From Actinomycetes bacterium (lineage in GTDB: Bacteria > Actinomycetota > Acidimicrobiia > Acidimicrobiales > RAAP-2), in assembly GCA_021831035.1 (NCBI GenBank), contig JAKBNL010000006.1:37652-101651 (forward strand): a stretch of DNA of 64,000 nt, in the 5' to 3' direction. Below, in pieces: positions 56,658 through 64,000 of the stretch. The stretch's first letter is position 1, and the number at the start of each line of letters is the position of its first letter. Below the pieces are notes generated by a model. The model worked only from the letters and a program-made list of their open reading frames with translations, was not told the origin of the DNA and made no database searches. Position numbers and translations under genes: made by a program.

Positions 56658-57962
56658 GTGACACTCGCCATCGCGAGCACACTTGGAATCGACCCGCCAG
56701 AGGTCCGTCGGGGTAGCACCGTCCCGACCGAGTTCCTGGACCGGATACTCCGGGCCCTAGGTATCGACCCGTCGGGCCTTCAGAACTCCTACAGGAAGAT
56801 GGAGCGAGCCCTCGCAGAAGTCGGGGAGACCTACGACCCAGCTGAGGACTCCAGTGAAGCGCGCGGTCGGACGGGCGGTGGCACCATCACGAACGCCGGC
56901 TACCGCAAGCTGCTGCGGGGACTGAGTGGCGAGCCAAGGTGCTTCATCTTGAGCGTCGCAGACAGCCCCGCGAGCTCTCAGTACGGCGACGTGATGGGCA
57001 GCTCGTATGGGTTCGCCGTCACCGTTTCGGGGAGTCGACTGCTGATTGCAGGCGGGGCGGGTTCACGTGCCATCTTCTACCGAACCCGTAACGCGTCCGA
57101 TGAGCCTCGAAGGGCGTTCGTCGGCACAGCCGTGGTCACGACCATCGAGAGGACAGGCCCGGACGACTTCCAGGCACACCTCTCGGGCTATCGAGCGCTG
57201 CCAGAGCCGGTTCTCGACAAGGACGTGAGCATCGCCGGCTGGAACCGTCAGCACGGCATCACCGAGATCAGCCACGACACCTTCGTGGCCCTAGAGCGGG
57301 CGGGACGTGGAGGCGGGGATGAGTCTGGGCCGTCACATGGTGAACGTCCTGCGACTCTCGGCCCGGGTCCGGAGTCGCCGGCGACACCACCGGTCGCCTC
57401 AGTCGTGCCCGTTCCGGGCGACGAGACAGAGGACCCACTCGCCGGCGCGGGACGGATTGACGGCCCAGTCGACCTCAGCGTCTGTGCAGATCCCCTCCCC
57501 TCGGACCTTCCACTACCGTCCGGGCCGCCATCACCAGATCTCCACCCGGCGCTGCCAGTCGAGGGAGCCGGCGGTCGCCGGGGAAGGCGTCGACCCCCAG
57601 TCGAGCAGCGAAGGGTCGACAAGTTCGTCGAGGAGCGGGCGATCTTCCTGGCCACCCAGTACATGACGGAGTGGGGCTGGAGGCTGAGCCGGGACTGTCA
57701 GGCCCTCGGAGTCGGGTATGACCTCGAGTTCGAGCGAGACGGGACTTTCCGCCACGTGGAGGTGAAGGGCATCGCCGGAAACCAGGTCGAGTTCAACCTC
57801 ACCGCACTGGAGTGGCGCCGAGTCCTCGTGGACGAGTCGTTCATGGTGGTGGCCGTCACAGGCGCCCTGAGTCCGACCACAACTCGGATCCGCGTGCTGA
57901 CTCGAGATCAGCTGCAGGCAGCCGAGAGAAGCCCAGTCCAGTATCGGCTGAGGCTCAGGTGA
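56658..57962 (+). CDS. Multidomain nuclease: helical N-domain + EVE/PUA-like domain + DUF3883 PD-(D/E)XK
   Basis: GGGAGG RBS. C-terminal VEERAI...GYDL...HVEVKG...LT..EW is a clear match; the middle YGDV.GSSY.F...IFYR...AFVG.A.V segment is a weaker call. Confidence 0.72.
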   Translation: MTLAIASTLGIDPPEVRRGSTVPTEFLDRILRALGIDPSGLQNSYRKMERALAEVGETYDPAEDSSEARGRTGGGTITNAGYRKLLRGLSGEPRCFILSVADSPASSQYGDVMGSSYGFAVTVSGSRLLIAGGAGSRAIFYRTRNASDEPRRAFVGTAVVTTIERTGPDDFQAHLSGYRALPEPVLDKDVSIAGWNRQHGITEISHDTFVALERAGRGGGDESGPSHGERPATLGPGPESPATPPVASVVPVPGDETEDPLAGAGRIDGPVDLSVCADPLPSDLPLPSGPPSPDLHPALPVEGAGGRRGRRRPPVEQRRVDKFVEERAIFLATQYMTEWGWRLSRDCQALGVGYDLEFERDGTFRHVEVKGIAGNQVEFNLTALEWRRVLVDESFMVVAVTGALSPTTTRIRVLTRDQLQAAERSPVQYRLRLR

Positions 57963-58121
57963 CGTGCCCCACGGCGACCGGCCAGAGGGCTGGCTGTCGC
58001 TTCCCCCATCCTGGCTGAGGGATCGCGTCCCTGCGGAGACCCTGGTCTCCTTGAAAAGGACCGCGCCGTGGCGTCGCGGCCTAGGAGCGCCCCGGAGGCC
58101 GAGACTCGGTAGCCTCGCCCC

Positions 58122-58727
58122 GTGGAGCTGCAGCAGTTCACGGACCTGATTGCCGCAGGGCTGGAGAGGGCTGACGCGCTCAGGCCCGGGCCTCCCCCCT
58201 CACGCACCGGGACGATCTATCAGGCAGGAGTCGGTGCCCACAGCGAGGACCGCATGGTGGAGCTCGCACTCGCGGCGGTGTCGGATCGGCTAAATGGAGT
58301 GACGGTCGAGACTCGGGTCCCCTACCCGAGGTCTGGGCGTATCAAGTGCGACGTCCGTCTGAGTGGGGACACGGACTGGGCCATCGAGGTGAAGCTCCTG
58401 CGCCGCCTCGGTGACAACGGTAAGCCCAACGACAACATCCTCATGCATATCCTCTCGCCCTACAAGCAGGACCGCAGCGCGGTCACCGACTGCGTGAAGC
58501 TCGCCCAGTCCGGGTTCGCCGCGAGGGAGGCGGTCATGATCATCGGCTTCGAGTACCCGGAGTGGCCTCTGGAGCCGGCGGTGAAGGCATTCGAGCGCAT
58601 CGCCAGCGATCTCGTGAGCCTCCGGCCGTGTGCGCCCGCCAGGTTCCGTGGACTCGTCCACCCGGTGCAGCGAGAGGGTGCCGTGTTCGCATGGGAGATC
58701 ACCGGCGCGAAGTCGGCGTTCCTCTAG
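58122..58727 (+). CDS. Putative PD-(D/E)XK nuclease
   Basis: SED...KCDV...AIEVK core. TAGCCT -10 lies 6 nt before the GTG. Confidence 0.6.
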   Translation: MELQQFTDLIAAGLERADALRPGPPPSRTGTIYQAGVGAHSEDRMVELALAAVSDRLNGVTVETRVPYPRSGRIKCDVRLSGDTDWAIEVKLLRRLGDNGKPNDNILMHILSPYKQDRSAVTDCVKLAQSGFAAREAVMIIGFEYPEWPLEPAVKAFERIASDLVSLRPCAPARFRGLVHPVQREGAVFAWEITGAKSAFL

Positions 58728-58733
58728 GCGCAC

Positions 58734-59267
58734 ATGGGTGCAAGAGGCGCTGACGGCATCCCGAGCGCAGAGCGAGGGGATGCGCATGAACTCGTGGGAA
58801 CGCGGTCGCGCCCTCCCGCGGACCCCGCGTCCTGGGCCAGCTCTGAGGCGGCGCGGCGGACGATGCGCGGGAACCGCTCCAAGGACACCCGACCCGAGGT
58901 CGCTGTTCGCTCGGCCCTGCATCGGGCCGGCTTGCGCTTTCGCAAGCACTTCCCGGTGATCCCGGGATCTCGCTCTCGCGTCGACGTGGCCTTCCCTCGG
59001 TGGCGCGTCGCCGTCCAGGTCGACGGGTGCTTCTGGCACGGCTGTCCCGACCACGGGACCCAGCCCGTGACCCATGCCGAGTACTGGACGGAGAAGATCC
59101 GGCGCAACGTCGAGCGCGACAGGCGCTGCGATGACGCCCTCGCCGAGGCGGGCTGGACCGTTCTGCGATTCTGGGAGCACGAGGAGACAGCGGCCGTGGT
59201 GACCGCTGTGCAGCATGCACTCAAGGAGTGCTCGACGCGCGCGCTGCAGCCGTCCTTGCACGAGTGA
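58734..59267 (+). CDS. vsr: Very short patch repair endonuclease
   Basis: MRGNRSKDTRPE, VDVAF, DGCFWHGC, YW..KI.RN..RD, GW.VLRFWEH. Confidence 0.93.
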   Translation: MGARGADGIPSAERGDAHELVGTRSRPPADPASWASSEAARRTMRGNRSKDTRPEVAVRSALHRAGLRFRKHFPVIPGSRSRVDVAFPRWRVAVQVDGCFWHGCPDHGTQPVTHAEYWTEKIRRNVERDRRCDDALAEAGWTVLRFWEHEETAAVVTAVQHALKECSTRALQPSLHE

Positions 59268-59427
59268 GCGCAAGGCACCGGACAGTGCCGATTCCCCTGG
59301 ATGCCTCTCCGCGGTCCTCTCAGTCAGGGCCCTCGGCGGAGTCCGCACCCGGAGGCGGCGACCGTGAGACGAGGGGCTCGTCTCCCCGCTCGCGGCGAGT
59401 CTCAGGGCGCTGCTACCCTCGGCCTCG

Positions 59428-59444
59428 CGACACTCCCACGACAC
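59428..59444 (+). promoter_or_regulatory. Putative integrase arm-binding sites CGACAC-N5-CGACAC
   Basis: Matches 43900-43916; about 100 bp inside the right att. Confidence 0.6.
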
Positions 59445-59542
59445 TGAACCGGGGCGAAGAGTGGCAAACGGAGGCGGAAGATGACGAGCATCACCTCGGC
59501 GACGTCGCTCGAGATCCCCCTTCCCATCTGGGATGAGGGACG

Positions 59543-59586
59543 TGGAGCGGGCGACGGGAATCGAACCCGCGTTCTCAGCTTGGGAA
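59543..59586 (-). repeat. att site: second 44-bp 3' fragment of tRNA-Gly(CCC)
   Basis: Identical to 43796-43839; again no tRNA 5' half adjacent. Confidence 0.92.
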
Positions 59587-60017
59587 GGGACGCGTCGAAT
59601 TCGGGACGACACACAACCTTCCTGATGGCGGGGACTCCAATGTGCTCCTAGATCTCGAAGATCGGCCCACGGGCAAGATTCGGGCAATATCTCGAGCGGT
59701 CTCTTTGAACTCGTACGGGGCAGTTCCGCGCCCGAACGCACACCTCGCGAAGGGAACTGACTCGTCTCACAAGCGTCGATTGACGTCAATCGGTCTACGT
59801 CGGTGGAAAGCCAAGGACTCCTGGGGCAGGTCAGAGTCTCTATGAGACGCGGGGCGGTGAAGGGCGCGTAGAGATCAGACGAACCTGATGGATAGCTCCA
59901 CGTCGACGGCACAATCAAGGCGGACCAACTCGTGGACGGTCGACGGTTGGTCCATTGAAGTGTTCCCGACAATCGGCAGAGCAGCCAGAATACGGGCGGC
60001 TGGCAGGTTATGCGGCC

Positions 60018-60734
60018 CTAGTTCTTGGGGCCCTCGGCAACCAGCACGGCGGTCGAGCCTCCCGCCTCGAACGGCCACGTAGATGCGGGAAGCTTCTCGG
60101 CGAGGTCGCCTCGGTCGACGCTGAGGAGATACGCCGCCGCCGTCGCTCTGTCGGCAAATACGGCCCGAGTACGAACGTCTCTCTTCTCCACTCTGGTGAA
60201 GTGAGAGCGAAGGTAGCGCGCTCCGTTCTCGACACTGAAGGCCGGTTCCTCATGTTCTTCGCCCACCAGACGCCAGAGCTCATCCAGGTGACGACGACCG
60301 TTCGTCACGGCGACGAGCCGTCCCCCGGGGTGAAGGACTCTCGCAATCTCCCCCAACGCCTGGTCGAGGGGATCCACGTGATAGAGCATCCAGGCGGCAA
60401 CAACGACATCGAATGTCGCGTCGTCGAATGGAAGGTCTCGCACGTCGGCCTCGATAGCTTCGACGCCTAGATCGCGGCAAGCAATGATCATCGCCGGTGA
60501 AGAGTCCGTCGCCACGACGCGGCACTTTAACTGCTTACCCATTCGACGGGCGAAGGTCCCCTTACCTGCCCCCACCTCAAGCACCTGTCGTGGCGAGACC
60601 TCGCGCACCGCGTCGAGTGCCACATCTTGAGGAGTCCTGCCCGCGTGATCGTCTCGCCACACGGAGGACCGGATGTCGAGTTTCTCGGTAGTCCGGTACT
60701 GATCACGCACGTAATCTCTGTCATTCAGACGCAC
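60018..60734 (-). CDS. Class I SAM-dependent methyltransferase
   Basis: VLEVGAGKG, DLPFDDATFDVVVAAWMLYH, RVLHPGG. Confidence 0.88.
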   Translation of the reverse strand: MRLNDRDYVRDQYRTTEKLDIRSSVWRDDHAGRTPQDVALDAVREVSPRQVLEVGAGKGTFARRMGKQLKCRVVATDSSPAMIIACRDLGVEAIEADVRDLPFDDATFDVVVAAWMLYHVDPLDQALGEIARVLHPGGRLVAVTNGRRHLDELWRLVGEEHEEPAFSVENGARYLRSHFTRVEKRDVRTRAVFADRATAAAYLLSVDRGDLAEKLPASTWPFEAGGSTAVLVAEGPKN

Positions 60735-60893
60735 GAACTCAACCTAGAGCACGAGTCAAGGGAGGGGGCCCGGATTCATGGAGAGTGCGAGGGGCGCATA
60801 GTCGATGTTCTGCTACGAAAGACACAGTGACAGCGGGACTTGAAAGAGGTTAAGAAACGCCCGTCACCTTTGGATCGCTGAGAGGATCTACCC

Positions 60894-61529
60894 GTGCGTC
60901 CTGTGAACCTAGTCATCGCCAACGCCGGCGGGACGCTCGATGACCTCATCGGGGAGATTGGAGACGCGTTCCAGTCTGCCGTGGCATCCTCGCAACGGCT
61001 GCTGGGCGTGGAAGGCGTGGATGTGGTCGTGGTCGACGCTCCCGATGACGTCATACCCGAGTGGGGAGTGGGTGGCTACACCTACGGCCCTCACACGATT
61101 CTCGTAGCGCTCGATCCGGCGGCCACGATCGAGAGCCACCACATCGAAAGGACACTCGTCCACGAGTTCCACCACACGATGCGCTGGCGCGGCCCGGGTT
61201 GCGGGGGAAGCCTGGGTCAGATGCTGGTCAGTGAGGGGATGGCCGAACTCTTCGAAGAGGAGGTCTTCGGAGAGGCTCCATTCTTCAGCCGCGTGGACAT
61301 AACCAACGACGAGATCGCCGCGGCTCGATTGGCGCTGTACGAACCCGAGTTCGATCAGAGGAAGTGGTTCTTCGGATCCGATGGCGTCACCTTCGCCTTT
61401 GGCTATACCTACGGCTACCGACTGTGCAAGTCCTACGCCGAGGCCACCGGCAAGCGCGCGTCGGACCTCGTCGCCGTACCCTCGCAAGACGTTCTCGAGC
61501 TGGAGACTCGATTAGTGCGCGAGCCCTGA
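60894..61529 (+). CDS. DUF2268-like Zn-dependent peptidase
   Basis: HEFHH (HExxH) and SEGMAE, followed by KWFFG and GYTYGY. Confidence 0.8.
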   Translation: MRPVNLVIANAGGTLDDLIGEIGDAFQSAVASSQRLLGVEGVDVVVVDAPDDVIPEWGVGGYTYGPHTILVALDPAATIESHHIERTLVHEFHHTMRWRGPGCGGSLGQMLVSEGMAELFEEEVFGEAPFFSRVDITNDEIAAARLALYEPEFDQRKWFFGSDGVTFAFGYTYGYRLCKSYAEATGKRASDLVAVPSQDVLELETRLVREP

Positions 61530-61606
61530 ACTCGTCCGATCGTCTGCTCCTCGCCCCTCGCGGGCTGTCGTGGCGGGTCTCACGCAGTTGGACGCCGGCG
61601 CCTCTT

Positions 61607-61624
61607 ATGCTCGCCGTCGCGTGA
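61607..61624 (+). promoter_or_regulatory. Possible leader peptide MLAVA upstream of the erm-like gene
   Basis: ATGCTCGCCGTCGCGTGA ends 39 nt before the erm-like start. Confidence 0.25.
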
Positions 61625-61663
61625 TAGGTTGCCTCGCCGTGGGAGCGTTCGTGATGGTCTTCC

Positions 61664-62206
61664 GTGGCCGGGCAACCCCGGCCCTGGTGGGGGTGGCATC
61701 GGCTTGACCGCTCCTGGGCGGACGGTCTGGTAGCTGACGCCCGGGTACGGCCCGGGGATCTTGTGCTGGACGTGGGCGCAGGCTCCGGAGTACTCGTCGA
61801 CGCACTCCTCGCGGCGGGTGCGACGGTCATCGCGGTCGAACTGCACTCGGAGCGCGCTCAGCGTCTCCGCGCGCGCTACTCCCAAGACCGGGTCACCGTC
61901 GTACGGGCTGACGCGAGGGATCTGCGCCTGCCGCGCCGACCCTTTCGAGTCGTGGCGAACCCGCCGTTCTCCGTGCTCAAACCCCTGCTGTCACGACTGC
62001 TCGCACCGGGTAGCAGACTCACCGAAGCAGTGCTGGTCGTTCCTCGTTACGTGGCGCGACAGTGGACTGGACCCGACGCTCCCGCACGCGGGCGCTGGTC
62101 TAATGAGTTCACGGTGTCTCGTGGTCGAAGCATTCCGGCCCACGCCTTTCATCCTCAGCCACCCAAAGGGGCGGTCACGCTGATGATTCGACGAAAGCAC
62201 CACTGA
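61664..62206 (+). CDS. erm: Erm(37)-like rRNA adenine N6-methyltransferase (short Erm/KsgA family)
   Basis: WGWHRL..SWA, VRPGDLVLDVGAG.G, AVELH, RLP.RPFRVVANPPF. 180 aa with no C-terminal domain. Confidence 0.82.
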   Translation: MAGQPRPWWGWHRLDRSWADGLVADARVRPGDLVLDVGAGSGVLVDALLAAGATVIAVELHSERAQRLRARYSQDRVTVVRADARDLRLPRRPFRVVANPPFSVLKPLLSRLLAPGSRLTEAVLVVPRYVARQWTGPDAPARGRWSNEFTVSRGRSIPAHAFHPQPPKGAVTLMIRRKHH

Positions 62207-62507
62207 GAGTCCATCGGCTCGCTCGGAGAAGGAGCTGAGCCGTCCGGAGGAGTTGTAGAGACTTTGTGAATCGCGGTGCGAATCAGAGCGGGGACGCCAA
62301 GAAGCGGTTACTTCGTCCTGACTCGACTTGATCCGAACGGGGACGTCAACTATGGGGGAACATGGTGGCGCGACAACGGCGGCGGTAGTTGCACCGATAT
62401 GGTCACCGTCTGCGATTCGGTGTGACCGCCTAACGAAACTGAAGTACTGGGCAACAGCGAGACGTGCCTTCCCGGAGTGGCTTCACCACCCTGGGAAGGC
62501 AGTCCGC

Positions 62508-63698
62508 TTACCCTTGGGGAACATTTCCGAGACCGGTGACGACGGTGATCGGTCCGTAGGTAATGCTGTCCGGTAGCGATGAAGGTCCCGATTCCCCACT
62601 CGCCACTGCTTGTTGGGACACCGCACAAGCCAGAAGCGTGCCTGAGGTCGAACTGAGGGTGACGGAAAAGACCTCGCCACCACCGATGGGTATCGAGACT
62701 TCGTCGCCGCTGCGCCCCATCGAATCAACGACATCAGTCTTGAGTGAGGCTCCAGGAAGCTGACTCAACACGTGGTACAAGACTGGGGCCAGTTTCGTAG
62801 ACGCGTCAGGAAGCTGGAGCAGTCGCTCAACGACCTCCACCTCCTGCGTTGGCGAGCACCCGGTATCGCCTCCCACGACTCCCCCGACGGGGCATATCTG
62901 CGGAGCGCGGGCCACAGAACCGTCGACATTCACACGTCCCTCCGCGAGGAGGCTTGCCAGCTCGCCGGGGTTTGACGGAAGCGCATCCACGTTGGTGGCG
63001 CCGGCCACGATGGATGAGACGCTGGAGGTACCAAGGGTGAATCCGAAGCCGAAGAACCCGGCGCCAGAGGACTCGTACTTGCCGATTTGTCCCTGTGCGT
63101 TTGGGTTCAGGTTGGCCAGATTCCCGGAGAGCCGGTTCGAAGAGTCTTGAAGGGCGCACGGAATGTACGGTCGACCGGCGGCTACCCAGAGCGATTCGTC
63201 GCCCGGGGTGGCGAAGTGACTCCCGTCCGCTCCCATCGGAGAAGGCGTGATCGAGACCCGACCGTCGCCGTTGGCCCCAATCCAACTCTGGACTGTGCCG
63301 GTCGAGACGTACGAGATCTGGTCCTGCGCCGGGAGACGGGGGCTCGAGAACGTGCAGGCGAGCGTCACGGTGTCGTCTTGGTAGTAGTACTCACCAGCGG
63401 CGAGTTGGGGGAGCACGTCGTGACGTGCACTCGTGGTTGCGGCTCGGTTGAGCATCGCGGCCGCGGCGCTGGGAGCGTCGGAACTCGTCATCAGCACTGG
63501 AAGCACTGCGGCTGAGAGGGTGAGAATCGCGGCAGTCGATCCGACCAGGAGGACCTTGTGCCGGCTGGTTTGCGACTGGCTACTCACGCACATCCAAATC
63601 GGATCCTCCGATAGAGCGATTTCGTCCTCGACCGAGGAGTCAAGAGGATCTAAGTCGGCGAAGACCCGATCAAGCAGTTCGTGAATGTTGTCGGTCAT
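62508..63698 (-). CDS. CU044_5270-like membrane-anchored protein (ECF-associated)
   Basis: TM helix, AAAMLNRAA, GEYYY, LPSNP..L, LY.VL..LPG, DSMGR.G. ATGA overlap with the sigma gene. Confidence 0.7.
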   Translation of the reverse strand: MTDNIHELLDRVFADLDPLDSSVEDEIALSEDPIWMCVSSQSQTSRHKVLLVGSTAAILTLSAAVLPVLMTSSDAPSAAAAMLNRAATTSARHDVLPQLAAGEYYYQDDTVTLACTFSSPRLPAQDQISYVSTGTVQSWIGANGDGRVSITPSPMGADGSHFATPGDESLWVAAGRPYIPCALQDSSNRLSGNLANLNPNAQGQIGKYESSGAGFFGFGFTLGTSSVSSIVAGATNVDALPSNPGELASLLAEGRVNVDGSVARAPQICPVGGVVGGDTGCSPTQEVEVVERLLQLPDASTKLAPVLYHVLSQLPGASLKTDVVDSMGRSGDEVSIPIGGGEVFSVTLSSTSGTLLACAVSQQAVASGESGPSSLPDSITYGPITVVTGLGNVPQG

Positions 63699-64000
63699 TG
63701 GTTCTCCTTGGTGTGACTGACGGCCTTGGCAAACGTGTGTCCACGGCGTCGAAGCGCGTCCTCGAGGCGCTGAGTCGCGCGGTGATACCGGACGTTGACG
63801 GTGCCGATCGATAACCGGAGCATGGAAGCGATCTCAGCTCGACTCAATTGCTCCCAGTGCACGAGCCGGAGTATCTCGACGTCGCTCCTGGATAGTTCCG
63901 ACAGGGCCTCGACGAGGGTCTGGTCAAGGGGCGATGCCACGTGCGTCGCCGAGCCGAGGTCCACACCGTCCACCGTCCGATGGCGAGCGAGGCGGCGCAG
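63695..64000 (-). CDS. ECF sigma factor, C-terminal part (5' end outside the window)
   Basis: Region 4 LSRSDVEILRLVHWEQLSRAEIASML..SIGTV.VRYHRA..RL. Confidence 0.8.
   Translation of the reverse strand: MRRLARHRTVDGVDLGSATHVASPLDQTLVEALSELSRSDVEILRLVHWEQLSRAEIASMLRLSIGTVNVRYHRATQRLEDALRRRGHTFAKAVSHTKENQ

Larger units (their letters stand above)
43796..59586. mobile_element. About 15.8-kb integrative element in the tRNA-Gly(CCC) 3' end
   Basis: Identical 44-bp flanks, xis-int at one end, CGACAC arm repeats at both ends, defence cargo. Confidence 0.88.
59587..64000. mobile_element. Probable second tandem integrated element (extends beyond the window)
   Basis: Neither att copy is a full tRNA, so the intact minus-strand tRNA should lie further right. 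The DNA is visibly lower in GC. Confidence 0.5.

Noticed and set aside
200-64000. Numerous long overlapping ORFs in the track (e.g. 4361-6130+, 22771-25002-, 33217-35202+, 38532-40634+, 58290-59972-)
   Set aside because: Antisense or off-frame shadows of genes with clear motifs; Arg/Pro/Gly-rich composition typical of high-GC non-coding frames.

Overview
High-GC actinobacterial chromosome segment, probably Acidimicrobiia (inference from gene families, leaderless starts and type IVa pilus genes). From left to right: (1) <1-6.1 kb, type IV pilus operon (PilB with MshEN, PilC, two large adhesin-fused pilins). (2) 9.9-20.3 kb, visibly lower-GC surface-glycan cluster (two GT2, Wzx-like flippase, APH-like kinase, secreted phosphoesterase, PRTase/kinase-like/HAD tri-domain protein). 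(3) 20.7-30.5 kb, metabolic genes (asparaginase, ICDH/IPMDH family, acyl-CoA synthetase, FAH, MaoC+CitE, CMD, DapB-like). (4) 30.6-41 kb, a compact block containing six GGAAT-N18-GTT (SigR/SigH-type) promoters. They sit upstream of a locally encoded ECF sigma/ZAS anti-sigma/radical SAM/YnjF-like operon, a flavoprotein disulfide reductase, an NrtS-like gene, thioredoxin, an APC permease and a Met-rich membrane protein. (5) A Fic gene. (6) 43.8-59.6 kb, an integrative element bounded by two identical 44-bp tRNA-Gly(CCC) 3' fragments. It has arm-type repeats, xis/int, a divergent large serine recombinase, a complete IS256 with 8-bp target duplication, a 7-blade propeller and a Dcm/Vsr/nuclease defence cassette. 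(7) A probable second tandem element running off the right edge, carrying an Erm(37)-like methyltransferase. No CRISPR array, rRNA or intact tRNA was found. All family assignments come from motif recognition by eye; no database searches were run.
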